64,000 nucleotides of DNA from a virus, in IMG/VR virus record IMGVR_UViG_3300014720_000002; one strand, 5' to 3'. The notes under the pieces were generated by a model, which did no database searches, was not told where the DNA came from, and saw only the letters and a program-made list of their open reading frames with translations. Below, in pieces: positions 17,991 to 26,670 of this stretch. Position numbers and translations under genes: made by a program. Position 1 is the first letter of the stretch; the number at the start of each line of letters is the position of its first letter.

Positions 17991-18457
17991 ACCTTTACTC
18001 ATTCGGAGCCGCGGCCAGGGAAGGCGCCTGCCGAGCAACCTGGGACCCTAAGCACAGCAACTTCGTGATGCACATCTGGCAGAAGGGTAAGCCGACGCCC
18101 ATCGCCACCTGCCGGGATACCACGCAGGAGAAGTGCGAGGCGGCGGCGCGGCAGGTCAAGGAGGCGCTGGAGCTTCAGGCGCGGCTGGAGTCGCCGGAGT
18201 TCAGCGCCGCGCTTAGGCTTGCCCTGGAGGGCACGCTGACTACCCGGCTGCGTTCGGTGCACGGGCTGGACCCGTTCTCACGGAAGCGCACCAAGCGCGC
18301 GGCTGAGTTGGAAGTCGAGTTCTTGGTTGGCGCCATGAGCGCCATCAACGCGACGTTTCCTGGGCGTGACTCCGAACTCAGCAGCAAGGTGCCGGTTTAT
18401 TGGCCCATGTGCCTTATGAGTGGGCGCTCGGTGCTGCAGTCCGCGAAGAAGTCATGA
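17987..18457 (+). CDS. Hypothetical protein
   Basis: 156-aa ORF, ATGA overlaps. Confidence 0.7.
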   Translation: MNLYSFGAAAREGACRATWDPKHSNFVMHIWQKGKPTPIATCRDTTQEKCEAAARQVKEALELQARLESPEFSAALRLALEGTLTTRLRSVHGLDPFSRKRTKRAAELEVEFLVGAMSAINATFPGRDSELSSKVPVYWPMCLMSGRSVLQSAKKS

Positions 18458-18735
18458 AGCCACTATATTACTACGTCCTCATCGACAGTGAAACCTTGGC
18501 GCGGTTGCAAGCACGGGTTGCCACCAGGTTCCGATTCCACGGGCGCATCCAGGTATTTCGGATCGAGCGCAACCAGGTGATCAAGGCAGAGAGTCTCTGC
18601 ATCCAGTGCCCAGACCAGTTGTCCGCTGAAGTGCGGGATGATCTGCTCAGCTTTGTGGCTGGTTTCGTTGAGGGGGCCGACCTGCAGTCATCGACCGCCC
18701 ACCTGGGTGTAACGGAGCCGTCGGTTGTGACATAA
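18454..18735 (+). CDS. Hypothetical protein
   Basis: MKPLYYYVL..., ATGA overlap. Confidence 0.65.
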   Translation: MKPLYYYVLIDSETLARLQARVATRFRFHGRIQVFRIERNQVIKAESLCIQCPDQLSAEVRDDLLSFVAGFVEGADLQSSTAHLGVTEPSVVT

Positions 18736-18799
18736 GATGGTGAAGGAAGAGCTTCCTTTACCGGCAGTGTTGCCGGGCAACCATCAACGAAAGCCAAGT

Positions 18800-19183
18800 A
18801 TGAAAGCACTGTGGAACCACCTGAGAATCGATCAACGTGCCGCCCTGGCCACTGCCTTTGGCGTGGTCTTGATCGTGGCCATCGGCCTGCTGCTCGCCCG
18901 TTACGGCGTGCCGGGCAGCCAGAATGCCGGGATCGTCCGGCTGTCGGTTGAACTGCCGCCGGGTCAGTCCCGTGCGGAGATCCTCCTGCCGGGCGGCTCG
19001 TCCGGTAGCTGGGACGAGATCCAGCAGATGATCAGCAGCATCCGCATCACGCGGAATGACGGCAGCACGCGGGACTTCAGTCCCCATCAGTTCGACAAGC
19101 TCAGCCAGGAGACACACGCGTTCCGGGAGGTCACGTTAATCACGACCAACCACGCCAGGATCACTTTGGCCAGGCAACCTTGA
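18800..19183 (+). CDS. Single-pass membrane protein
   Basis: ALATAFGVVLIVAIGLLLA hydrophobic helix near the N-terminus. Confidence 0.65.
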   Translation: MKALWNHLRIDQRAALATAFGVVLIVAIGLLLARYGVPGSQNAGIVRLSVELPPGQSRAEILLPGGSSGSWDEIQQMISSIRITRNDGSTRDFSPHQFDKLSQETHAFREVTLITTNHARITLARQP

Positions 19184-19194
19184 ACGCAGCGAAC

Positions 19195-19248
19195 GGCCCG
19201 CTGCCGGTCCAGTAGGATCGGCAGCGGGCCGGTTATCCAATCCTTTAG
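19195..19248 (+). terminator. Hairpin plus TCCTTTAG tail (hairpin family copy 2)
   Basis: GGCCCGCTGCCGGTCC-AGTA-GGATCGGCAGCGGGCC, then TCCTTTAG at 19241. Confidence 0.65.
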
Positions 19249-19251
19249 TTT

Positions 19252-19983
19252 ATGGGTGTGCATCAGCGTAAATTCGGGAAGGAGAATCCTCTCAAGTTCG
19301 ATTGCGTCACGTTCATGACGCTGGCGACCAGGCATCGCTTTCGCGAGGTAAGCGGCTGGTTTCCGCAGGAGGAAGAAACCTACCGTCTGCCGGCTGAACT
19401 GCAGTTGGCCAACTGGTATGGTAATGCGCCGCAGCAACCGGATCAGGCGGCCATGCAGCATGATGAGTCGGCTGACCTGGACGCGCTGGCCGATGTTACT
19501 CGACCGTTCGGCTCCGAGCGGTGGCATGACTTTGATCGTCTGCCATTGGCAGAGCGGTTGGAGGCTCTGAAGCTGTTCTACGATGATCTCACCTGCGACC
19601 TGCAGTCGCTGCGGCAGAGATTCAAACCGGAGGAGGTAGAGAACTACACCGGCCCTGACAGTCCTGCTGCTGAGTTGAAAAAGCTGGTCCGTTACCGGCA
19701 ACGTGTGGCGCGAAAAATCGAGCGCGTGCGCCGCACGATCGACAAGCAGGAAAAGCTACGGCTGCAGATGCAGGCGTCGCGCGACCGCCTACGGATTGTT
19801 TGGGAGAGGTCGGACCGCGCTAAGGAGGAAAAGCAGGCGTCGGCGAAATGGCAGCGTCAGTTGGAGTTGCTGACCTATCTCGCCGAGGCCAAGGCGAAGA
19901 GCGATCACTACGCCAACAAATCCCGGAGGCACAGCCCGCAGGCTGCCATGGCTGATCGTGGAAGTCAGGCACTCGGCGGGTAA
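19252..19983 (+). CDS. Hypothetical protein with coiled-coil C-terminus
   Basis: 243-aa ORF; start uncertain. Confidence 0.65.
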   Translation: MGVHQRKFGKENPLKFDCVTFMTLATRHRFREVSGWFPQEEETYRLPAELQLANWYGNAPQQPDQAAMQHDESADLDALADVTRPFGSERWHDFDRLPLAERLEALKLFYDDLTCDLQSLRQRFKPEEVENYTGPDSPAAELKKLVRYRQRVARKIERVRRTIDKQEKLRLQMQASRDRLRIVWERSDRAKEEKQASAKWQRQLELLTYLAEAKAKSDHYANKSRRHSPQAAMADRGSQALGG

Positions 19984-20012
19984 AACCGAGTGCCAACAAA
20001 AGTAAAAAATCT

Positions 20013-20312
20013 ATGTCAAATCCAAGCGCAACGCCGAAGCCCAAGACGCCAGCCGAGTTGTCCTGCACTGACTTGTTAGGATGCCCGTTCTGTGGTGAAC
20101 AGCCGGAATACTCGCCAGCCGCCAAAGACCCAAACAACCCGCCGTATGGCTGGCCACACACGCTAAACCACAACTGCAAAATCATCGGAAGGCAAATCTG
20201 CATCCGCTGCGACTACTCCAAATGTGAGGACACAAGAGCGGCGGTGACTGCCGTGTGGAACACTCGCTGGCATCCTAACCATCAATCTGCGGCGCGACAA
20301 CTGTTCGCTTAA
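20013..20312 (+). CDS. Lar-like (restriction alleviation) zinc-ribbon protein
   Basis: LLGCPFCG...C...A...WNTR pattern. Confidence 0.55.
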   Translation: MSNPSATPKPKTPAELSCTDLLGCPFCGEQPEYSPAAKDPNNPPYGWPHTLNHNCKIIGRQICIRCDYSKCEDTRAAVTAVWNTRWHPNHQSAARQLFA

Positions 20313-20315
20313 ACT

Positions 20316-20603
20316 ATGAGTAAGTCGGAGAAGCTGAGAAAATTGGCCAACGCCGTTCGGCGTTACCGCGGCCTGCTTGGATCGCCTGGGCATGACGGCG
20401 TGGTCCGGTGGAAGCAGCCACCCATACCTTCAGCCAAGGACGATGTCCGGCGCTGGCTGGGCAGGCTGGGCCTGGATGTGGAAGCGCATCTGCGGCGTGT
20501 GGACGAGTTTCCTTCGCTGCAGCAGTTCGCGGAATGGCTGGAAGAGTTGGAGAATGGCAATGAGCACGTTGTGGCAGGAACTTCGGAAGTGGGAAAATCA
20601 TGA
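20316..20603 (+). CDS. Hypothetical protein
   Basis: MSKSEKLRKLANAV..., 95 aa. Confidence 0.65.
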   Translation: MSKSEKLRKLANAVRRYRGLLGSPGHDGVVRWKQPPIPSAKDDVRRWLGRLGLDVEAHLRRVDEFPSLQQFAEWLEELENGNEHVVAGTSEVGKS

Positions 20604-21399
20604 AAAGAAACTGGCTGATCAGGCATTACCAGGCGGCGCTGGTGTTCGCGAGCCGGACCCGCAATCGCCCCCTGTCCGACTACGTTCGACAGGAGTTGAA
20701 AAGGTGGTCGGCGGCACCGTCCTCTGGAAGCCGGTCGATCGCCTAGCGGCTAAGATGCTGGCCAAGTCGCCCTGGTGGGCGCAGCCAGTGCATGTGCCGA
20801 CACCGCCACCAGCGGCGCCGGCTGCAGTTGAGAAGGCAAAAAAGAAGAGAACACACAAGATTATGGGAGACAACGCTGTCATTGTGGAGACAGGAGACAA
20901 GCGTGCGCCACAGGATGTCCGTCCGCGGATGAACGACGCGAGCTACACGAGCGCATGCGGGCTGGAGGTGCACCGGATCAACGGGCAGGACATGATTTCG
21001 CTGGAGAGTGCGCAGACTGTCCTCTGTGCCGAGATTGCGAAAATGCCCAAGGAGACGCGACCGCTGGTTTTGGCCGCCCAGGACGCCCGACGGATCGTTA
21101 ATGAGTTGACGGACGGCATTGGCGCCGATCAGGAAAAGTTCAGGGTCAGTGCCAAGATGTTCCTGGAGGATGTCCGCCAGACCCGGTTTGCGGTGGTGCA
21201 GGAGGCCAGCGCAATGATGACGCCATTGCGCGATGTCCGCACTTTCTTCCTGGGGCCGGATTACAAGGAGCAGGTGACCAGGTTGAAGGAGTTCGTGGAA
21301 CTTTGCGAGCGGCTGCAGAAGCTCAAGGAGTCGGGTTTCCTGGATAACGTCGCGGACACCATGCTGCGACTGGCAGATCGGCCAGCCACCGGCGCCTGA
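20560..21399 (+). CDS. Hypothetical protein (start 20560 or 20863)
   Basis: Long open frame with helical C-terminal half; start ambiguous. Confidence 0.6.
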   Translation: MSTLWQELRKWENHEKKLADQALPGGAGVREPDPQSPPVRLRSTGVEKVVGGTVLWKPVDRLAAKMLAKSPWWAQPVHVPTPPPAAPAAVEKAKKKRTHKIMGDNAVIVETGDKRAPQDVRPRMNDASYTSACGLEVHRINGQDMISLESAQTVLCAEIAKMPKETRPLVLAAQDARRIVNELTDGIGADQEKFRVSAKMFLEDVRQTRFAVVQEASAMMTPLRDVRTFFLGPDYKEQVTRLKEFVELCERLQKLKESGFLDNVADTMLRLADRPATGA

Positions 21400-21405
21400 T
21401 TGAAT

Positions 21406-21483
21406 GCGCTGTGGTGCTTGGAAAGGTCTCGTGCGGTCGCGTTAAGTCACGGTCCAGTGAGGGCGTGGCAAAGTCCTGCGCGG
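21406..21483 (+). repeat. Short periodic NNNGY array C
   Basis: G at 21406, 11, 16, 21, 26, 31, 36, 41, 46, 51, then slips at 21452 and 21468. Confidence 0.75.
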
Positions 21484-21529
21484 AACCGCACCAGTTGGGC
21501 TTCGGCCCGCTGGTGCGGTTTCCTTTAGC
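21482..21529 (+). terminator. Hairpin with cUUCGg loop plus TCCTTTAGC (hairpin family copy 3)
   Basis: AACCGCACCAG-TTGGGC-TTCG-GCCCG-CTGGTGCGGTT-TCCTTTAGC. Confidence 0.7.
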
Positions 21530-21647
21530 CATCCACTCCCGCAACCAAGCACGCCGCTGTGTCATAAGCCTTTGGACAGGACTGTTTCTTGTCTGGGAGC
21601 ATCCGGCCTCCAACCATTTAAGCAACTGCCGGAAGGAGAACTGTAAC

Positions 21648-22730
21648 ATGTCAAAGATCAAAGAGGCGGCGATCCTCAAAATCGTCACTCATCCCGGCCG
21701 GGCGCACCGGGATGAGTTTCTGGCCATCGCCATCGTGCTGGCCAGCCTGCCCGCCGCGCAGATGCGGCAGGTCGCCATCGAACGCCGTCAACCCAAGCGC
21801 GAGGACACCCTGGATAAGGGCGTGCTGGTGCTGGACATCGGCGGCGGTGAATTCGACCACCACCAACTGTCCCCAGAGGCGCCGGCGACCTGTGCGCTCA
21901 CCCTGGTGCTCAAGGACCTCGGGCTGCTGGAGCAGGCGCGCGAGGTCTGGTCGTGGCTGGAGTTTGTCGAGGTCATGGACAGCAAGGGACCGGGGGCGGT
22001 CGCCTCGCGCGCCGGCGTGCCCTGGGACAAGCTCTCCGGGCTGACCATGAATCCGGTCGAGATGTGGGCGCTCCATTGGTTCGCCAACAACCCGGACAAC
22101 ATGAAGGACGTGCTCAACGGCGTCGGTGCCCGGTTGTTGTCCGAGCTTGCGGACTACCGGTCGGCCCTGACCCTCCTGGACGCGCACGCCCATGTGGTGT
22201 TCGTGCGCGGGGTGGCGTTGCTCGACCTCACATTCACGAGCGACACGACCGCCGTCAACAAGTGGCGCATGCAGCACTGCCCTCACGCCAAGGGCAGCAT
22301 CATGAAGGACGACCGCGGCGGGGGCTACACGCTCTACGCCTGGCAGATGGGCGGCGGGTCCGGCTGGCTGGACTTCCGCCGGCTGGCGCATCCCGGCATC
22401 ACCTTCATCCACAATGGAGGGTTCCTGGCCAAGACGCGGATGACGGTGACGTTCCGTGAGGTTCTGGATCTGCTGACACAGGCGCTGCCGTCGGAGCCGG
22501 TCTGCCTCGGCAGCATGGTGGGCAATGGGTTCTCGGTGCAGGGAAGCTGGCAGCCGGCGCCGACAGATGACGGATCGCATTTCGTCATGGTGACGATCGG
22601 GACGGCCAAGCACGGGTGTGTGGAAGGTATGCTCTGCTTCCGCACGGAGGCGGCGCTGCGCTCGGCCATGAGCCATGTGCGCAACCGCATTGAGATCAGC
22701 CTGTCGAAGGGGGAGGTGGCCCATGCTTGA
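21648..22730 (+). CDS. MYG1-family (DHH superfamily) metal-dependent hydrolase/exonuclease
   Basis: VTHPGRAHRDEFLA...LDIGGGEFDHHQ; AAGGAG RBS before ATG 21648. Confidence 0.75.
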   Translation: MSKIKEAAILKIVTHPGRAHRDEFLAIAIVLASLPAAQMRQVAIERRQPKREDTLDKGVLVLDIGGGEFDHHQLSPEAPATCALTLVLKDLGLLEQAREVWSWLEFVEVMDSKGPGAVASRAGVPWDKLSGLTMNPVEMWALHWFANNPDNMKDVLNGVGARLLSELADYRSALTLLDAHAHVVFVRGVALLDLTFTSDTTAVNKWRMQHCPHAKGSIMKDDRGGGYTLYAWQMGGGSGWLDFRRLAHPGITFIHNGGFLAKTRMTVTFREVLDLLTQALPSEPVCLGSMVGNGFSVQGSWQPAPTDDGSHFVMVTIGTAKHGCVEGMLCFRTEAALRSAMSHVRNRIEISLSKGEVAHA

Positions 22731-22860
22731 AGTGCGCATGCACTGGCGCCGAGGTCATCTGCACACAGTGAAGTTCGGCAAGGGTCGGGAGAGTTCCCGG
22801 CTGGACTGGTTCGAGCCGATATTGGTCAATGCGCCGGAAGGAAAGGAGGTGAACGTATGA
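22723..22860 (+). CDS. Small hypothetical protein
   Basis: GGAGG RBS; overlaps both neighbours. Confidence 0.55.
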   Translation: MLEVRMHWRRGHLHTVKFGKGRESSRLDWFEPILVNAPEGKEVNV

Positions 22861-23213
22861 GCGAAAAGAGTGAGCAAGTGCTGCGGGACGCCATCGAAAA
22901 ACATGTTGGCGCACTACTTCACGCAGAGTTGCAACGGGACGAACTGCATGTCTATCTGTCCTGGGACAAAGCTAGTGGAAAAGTCACGGTTAATTGCTTC
23001 TCGACCTTGGCGCTGAACCTTCTCGATCGATCGCATAAGACCACCGTCGGCGGCTTGGACGAGTTGATCGACAGCGTGTTGGAGGGCTGCGACCGAAAGC
23101 AGGCCAAGGTTTGTCTGGACCAGATACAGGCAAGCTTGGACAAGGCTCGTGCTGGCTGGCAGAAAGTATGCGCTGAGTGGGATCGGGAACATCGACCTGC
23201 GAATCGCAGGTAA
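22857..23213 (+). CDS. Hypothetical protein; last of the small-gene block
   Basis: GGAGG RBS, 118 aa; stop abuts array D. Confidence 0.7.
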   Translation: MSEKSEQVLRDAIEKHVGALLHAELQRDELHVYLSWDKASGKVTVNCFSTLALNLLDRSHKTTVGGLDELIDSVLEGCDRKQAKVCLDQIQASLDKARAGWQKVCAEWDREHRPANRR

Positions 23214-23590
23214 AGCAAAGGTGAGGCGAGGTGTAGCATCGTTGCGTGCGGTTCAGGTGTAGTGCCGTGAAGATGGGTAATGTAAAGCGCCGGCGAGGTG
23301 ATGCTTGGTGTGGTGGCATCGCGTTTGGAACAGTATTGGAGACGCGGCGCACAGCATGGTAGCGCAATGTGGTGGCGTCGTATCGAGGCGCTGAGTATTG
23401 GCCTGGCACGGCGGCGGTGGGCACCGTAAAGCTACGGCATGGTCACGTCAGGTTCAGTGCAGCACAGGTAACGCGACGCAAGGTTCGGTTTCGTGCTGTC
23501 ACGTATCGGTTTGGGTGGGTCGAGCGCTGGGCTGTCAGGCAAAGGCGAGGCGGGGTCTGGTCCGGTTTCGTTACGTCGTGCGCTGTGCCG
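23210..23590 (+). repeat. Periodic NNNGY array D
   Basis: About 75 register positions, G at all but one (23318); slips at 23221, 23257, 23293, 23339, 23375, 23401, 23437, 23468, 23509, 23545. Confidence 0.9.
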
Positions 23591-23639
23591 ACGAACACCA
23601 GTTGGGGCGCAAGCCCTGGCTGGTGTTCGTCCTTTAGCT
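23591..23639 (+). terminator. Hairpin with GCAA loop plus CCTTTAGCT (hairpin family copy 4)
   Basis: ACGAACACCAG-TTGGGGC-GCAA-GCCCTGG-CTGGTGTTCGT-CCTTTAGCT. Confidence 0.7.
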
Positions 23640-23680
23640 ATCAGTTGAAACTCCCGCCGGATTGCGGCACGCTCCGCCTG

Positions 23681-24433
23681 ATGTCTGAGCCCCGTGTCAC
23701 CGCCATCGTCGTCAACTGGCGCCGTCCCGACAACGTCCAGCGGATTCTCCGCGCACTGCGCCAGTCGTCGGCGCGCTGCCACATCATCGTCTGCGATGTC
23801 CGGGTGGATGAGACCTATCGGAAGGACACCTTCTTTGAAGGCGCCGACGAGGTTCTCCACCTGTCCCGCAACCACGGCGGTTTCAACCGGCTGGTGCCCG
23901 CCATGCTTGTGCAGACCGAGTTCACCTACTTCCATGACGATGACCTGCTGCCCGGACCCGAGGCGCTCGCCGCCCTGATGCGTTGCGCTGACGGCATGCT
24001 GGGCATGGGCGTGCTTGGCCAGATCGGACGGGTCTATCCAGACGGGCAGTTCGGGACGGATGATGTGCTGCGCGATGAGCACGTCTGCGTGCCGGTGGAC
24101 AACGTCATCCGCGGCGCGCTCGTCCGCTCGGCACTGCTGCCCGGCGTCATGCACTTCTGGCATCGCCACGGGCGCAACTTCATCACGCCGGAGGGGTTGG
24201 TGCATGATGACCTGATGCTGAGCTTCGCGCTCCGCTCCGCCGGGCACATCAACCGGCTCACGCCCGCTGACCACCGCAACGACACCATGATCAACAGCGA
24301 GGAGTTGCCGGACCAGTATGCACTCAGCCGCCGGCCCCAGCACCGACCCGAGCGCGCCGCCATTGTGGCATGGTTCAATCAGCAGTTTCCCGGCCGGCTC
24401 ACCCCGCTGCTGCCGGCGGTCCATGTTGTATGA
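23681..24433 (+). CDS. GT-A fold glycosyltransferase
   Basis: VTAIVVNWRRP...IIVCD...YFHDDDLLP (DxD); true start after array D. Confidence 0.75.
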   Translation: MSEPRVTAIVVNWRRPDNVQRILRALRQSSARCHIIVCDVRVDETYRKDTFFEGADEVLHLSRNHGGFNRLVPAMLVQTEFTYFHDDDLLPGPEALAALMRCADGMLGMGVLGQIGRVYPDGQFGTDDVLRDEHVCVPVDNVIRGALVRSALLPGVMHFWHRHGRNFITPEGLVHDDLMLSFALRSAGHINRLTPADHRNDTMINSEELPDQYALSRRPQHRPERAAIVAWFNQQFPGRLTPLLPAVHVV

Positions 24434-25188
24434 AGCCGCTCGTCAAACTAGCCCTGGCCCACTGGATGCGTGAGGACGCCCAACCTGATCCGGCGGCTGG
24501 GTTGGCGGCTTTGGCGGGTGTGTCAGCGGCCAGCCTGGCGGGTCAGCCGCTGCTGAACATTTTGAAGCGCGAGCCGGCTGGTCCGCTGAGTGTCACGCCC
24601 GAGCGCGCCACGCGCATACTGCAGGCGTTGTCGCCGGGAATTGACTTGCGGGTGGAGTCAGGTGCCGCGGCTCAGTATCGACCGACCTGGCTGGGTGGTG
24701 CGAAACCCAAAGGGACGATTCTCACTTCAGCCACCACCTCGGGAAAACTACCATTGGATGTCCTGCTCCACGAGTTGGGGCACTCTGATGTCCACGCTGG
24801 CCCCTCCCGCGCCCTACGCGCGCTGGGTCCGCTCCGCATGCTGGGTCAGGTCGGCGGGCTGGGATTTGCCGGGCTGGCACCGCTGGCCTATTTCACGGAG
24901 ATGGAAGACGGCCAGCGGGACAAGCTGATGGACTGGGCGTCCATTGCCGGCGGGACGGGCGGGACGCCGGTGCTCATAGATGAAGCCCTGGCCAGTATCA
25001 AGGCGCTCAAGCACTTCGACACGTTGGGACGGACGGGACGCCTGGGGCCGGCCTCCCGTCTGGCCGTGGCCCGAGGGCTGATGCGCAAGCGTCTGCTGGC
25101 GGCTTTCGGCACCTACGGGCTGTCCACCGCCGGCGCCGTGGCCGCTCCCCAGGTGGCCAAGTGGTGGGCGCACCGTGATCCGCAATAG
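24430..25188 (+). CDS. Putative zinc metallopeptidase (YugP / Zn_peptidase_2-like)
   Basis: LLHELGHSDVH (HExxH) ... DEALASIKAL ... LLAAFGTY. Confidence 0.65.
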   Translation: MKPLVKLALAHWMREDAQPDPAAGLAALAGVSAASLAGQPLLNILKREPAGPLSVTPERATRILQALSPGIDLRVESGAAAQYRPTWLGGAKPKGTILTSATTSGKLPLDVLLHELGHSDVHAGPSRALRALGPLRMLGQVGGLGFAGLAPLAYFTEMEDGQRDKLMDWASIAGGTGGTPVLIDEALASIKALKHFDTLGRTGRLGPASRLAVARGLMRKRLLAAFGTYGLSTAGAVAAPQVAKWWAHRDPQ

Positions 25189-25304
25189 GAGGTCTTTCCG
25201 TGCCATAAGGAGGTGACGGAGGTCTGTTATCTTCGTCCATCTGCCCCGGCTCGTCATGGCTGGGGGTGGTGGCATCCTGCAGTGGCAAAGAGAAAGACAA
25301 GACA

Positions 25305-26333
25305 GTGAAAGCAATCAATCAGTTGGTGGCGAAGTTGAAAGCCTGGGCCGTGGCGGTGTGCACGGACAGCAAGCTCGAACCGCGCCTGCAGACGCTGGCC
25401 AACATCGAGAGCCAATCCTGGACCGAGCTTGGCAGCCCAGATCGCGACAATGACAGCATCGACAAGCACCTGCGAGTGGTCTTCATGGCCCAGCGCACGC
25501 GCAGCCAGATGCGGGTCAACGCGCTGTTGGATTCGTTCGGCCCGCAGTTGGCCGCACTGCCGGTGATGCTGCGGACGGCCATTGAGACGTCGGCCAGCAA
25601 GAAGCCCGGTGAGGCAGCGCTCCTGCGCCGCTTCTTCGAGAGCGAGGCGGAGACGAAGGCCGCCGAGGCCGGTGTGGACATGGTCGTTGCCATGTGCAGC
25701 AAGGATGAGGACGGGCACCCACTCAACCCGGAGATTGCCGCCCTGCATTTGGAAACCCGTCGGGTGGAGGCAGAGATCAGCAAGCTGCGCGATGCCGGAT
25801 GGTATCGCGATGAGTTGAACCAGAAGCGCAAGCAACTGGCCGACATCATCGAGCAGCGCAATCGCCGTCCAGAGGCAGAGGTGCAGGACACCCAGATGCT
25901 GGTCCTGGTGCCGCACTATCTGGAGCAGCGTGCGCGGCTGGCCGAGTTGGAAGAGTCCATTGCCAAGTCCGGCGATTTCGATGTGCTGGACAAGGAAATC
26001 GCCGGGGTCATGTCGGTGGACAGCCTGCCCAAGTGGCGCGATGGGTCGGCCGACAGCCTGCAAGGGCTGGCGGACTTGATCAGCCGGATGGTGTCCTTCA
26101 GCCGCCTGACCGGCAGCGCGGCGCTCGCGGACGAGCACAACCGGCTGGCGTTGATTGCTGCCGCGTTGAACGTGCACGCCGTGGCCCAGGGATCGCCGGC
26201 GACCGGCAGCCGGTTCACCATTGCCCCGGACGGTCGGGTGGTGGGCGTGTGGTCGCTGCCGGGCGAGGTGCAGCAGGTGCTAAACCGCCCGGTCTCTCGG
26301 CTGAGTGGTGAACCGCTGCCGGAACAGGAGTAA
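25305..26333 (+). CDS. Coiled-coil hypothetical protein
   Basis: Long helical ORF, GTG start. Confidence 0.7.
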   Translation: MKAINQLVAKLKAWAVAVCTDSKLEPRLQTLANIESQSWTELGSPDRDNDSIDKHLRVVFMAQRTRSQMRVNALLDSFGPQLAALPVMLRTAIETSASKKPGEAALLRRFFESEAETKAAEAGVDMVVAMCSKDEDGHPLNPEIAALHLETRRVEAEISKLRDAGWYRDELNQKRKQLADIIEQRNRRPEAEVQDTQMLVLVPHYLEQRARLAELEESIAKSGDFDVLDKEIAGVMSVDSLPKWRDGSADSLQGLADLISRMVSFSRLTGSAALADEHNRLALIAAALNVHAVAQGSPATGSRFTIAPDGRVVGVWSLPGEVQQVLNRPVSRLSGEPLPEQE

Positions 26334-26337
26334 CGCC

Positions 26338-26670
26338 ATGCGATACCATCAGATCATCCGGGAGGCTCTGAATCCTCCGCAGGGCAGAGTCACCGTGCGT
26401 TCGCTCACCCGCAGGCTGGCTGAGGCTGGCCTGCGGGTGAAGGTCTGGCGCAGAGCCAGCGCAGAAGAAGTTCGGCGCGCGTTTGAGGCGGGCGAGATCG
26501 TGTTGCTGCCGGTGTTCAAGCAGCGTCTGTTTGGGCGCAACGGCACTGGTTGGCATACCGTGAGCAAGCGTCTCGTCAGTCGGGGCTTCGTTAAACTCGA
26601 ACGCTTGGGGCTGGAGTTGAGTCTCCGGGAATGGACACCCAAAGGCACAGCCATCATCTGCGACCCATGA
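26338..26670 (+). CDS. Basic hypothetical protein
   Basis: MRYHQIIRE..., 4 nt after upstream stop. Confidence 0.6.
   Translation: MRYHQIIREALNPPQGRVTVRSLTRRLAEAGLRVKVWRRASAEEVRRAFEAGEIVLLPVFKQRLFGRNGTGWHTVSKRLVSRGFVKLERLGLELSLREWTPKGTAIICDP

Noticed and set aside
23210-23590. CRISPR or TIGR-type guide array (36-nt spacing is suggestive)
   Set aside because: No conserved direct repeat longer than 2-3 nt, no repeat/spacer alternation, no box C/D-like motifs, and no cas or Nop-domain gene recognisable in the window.
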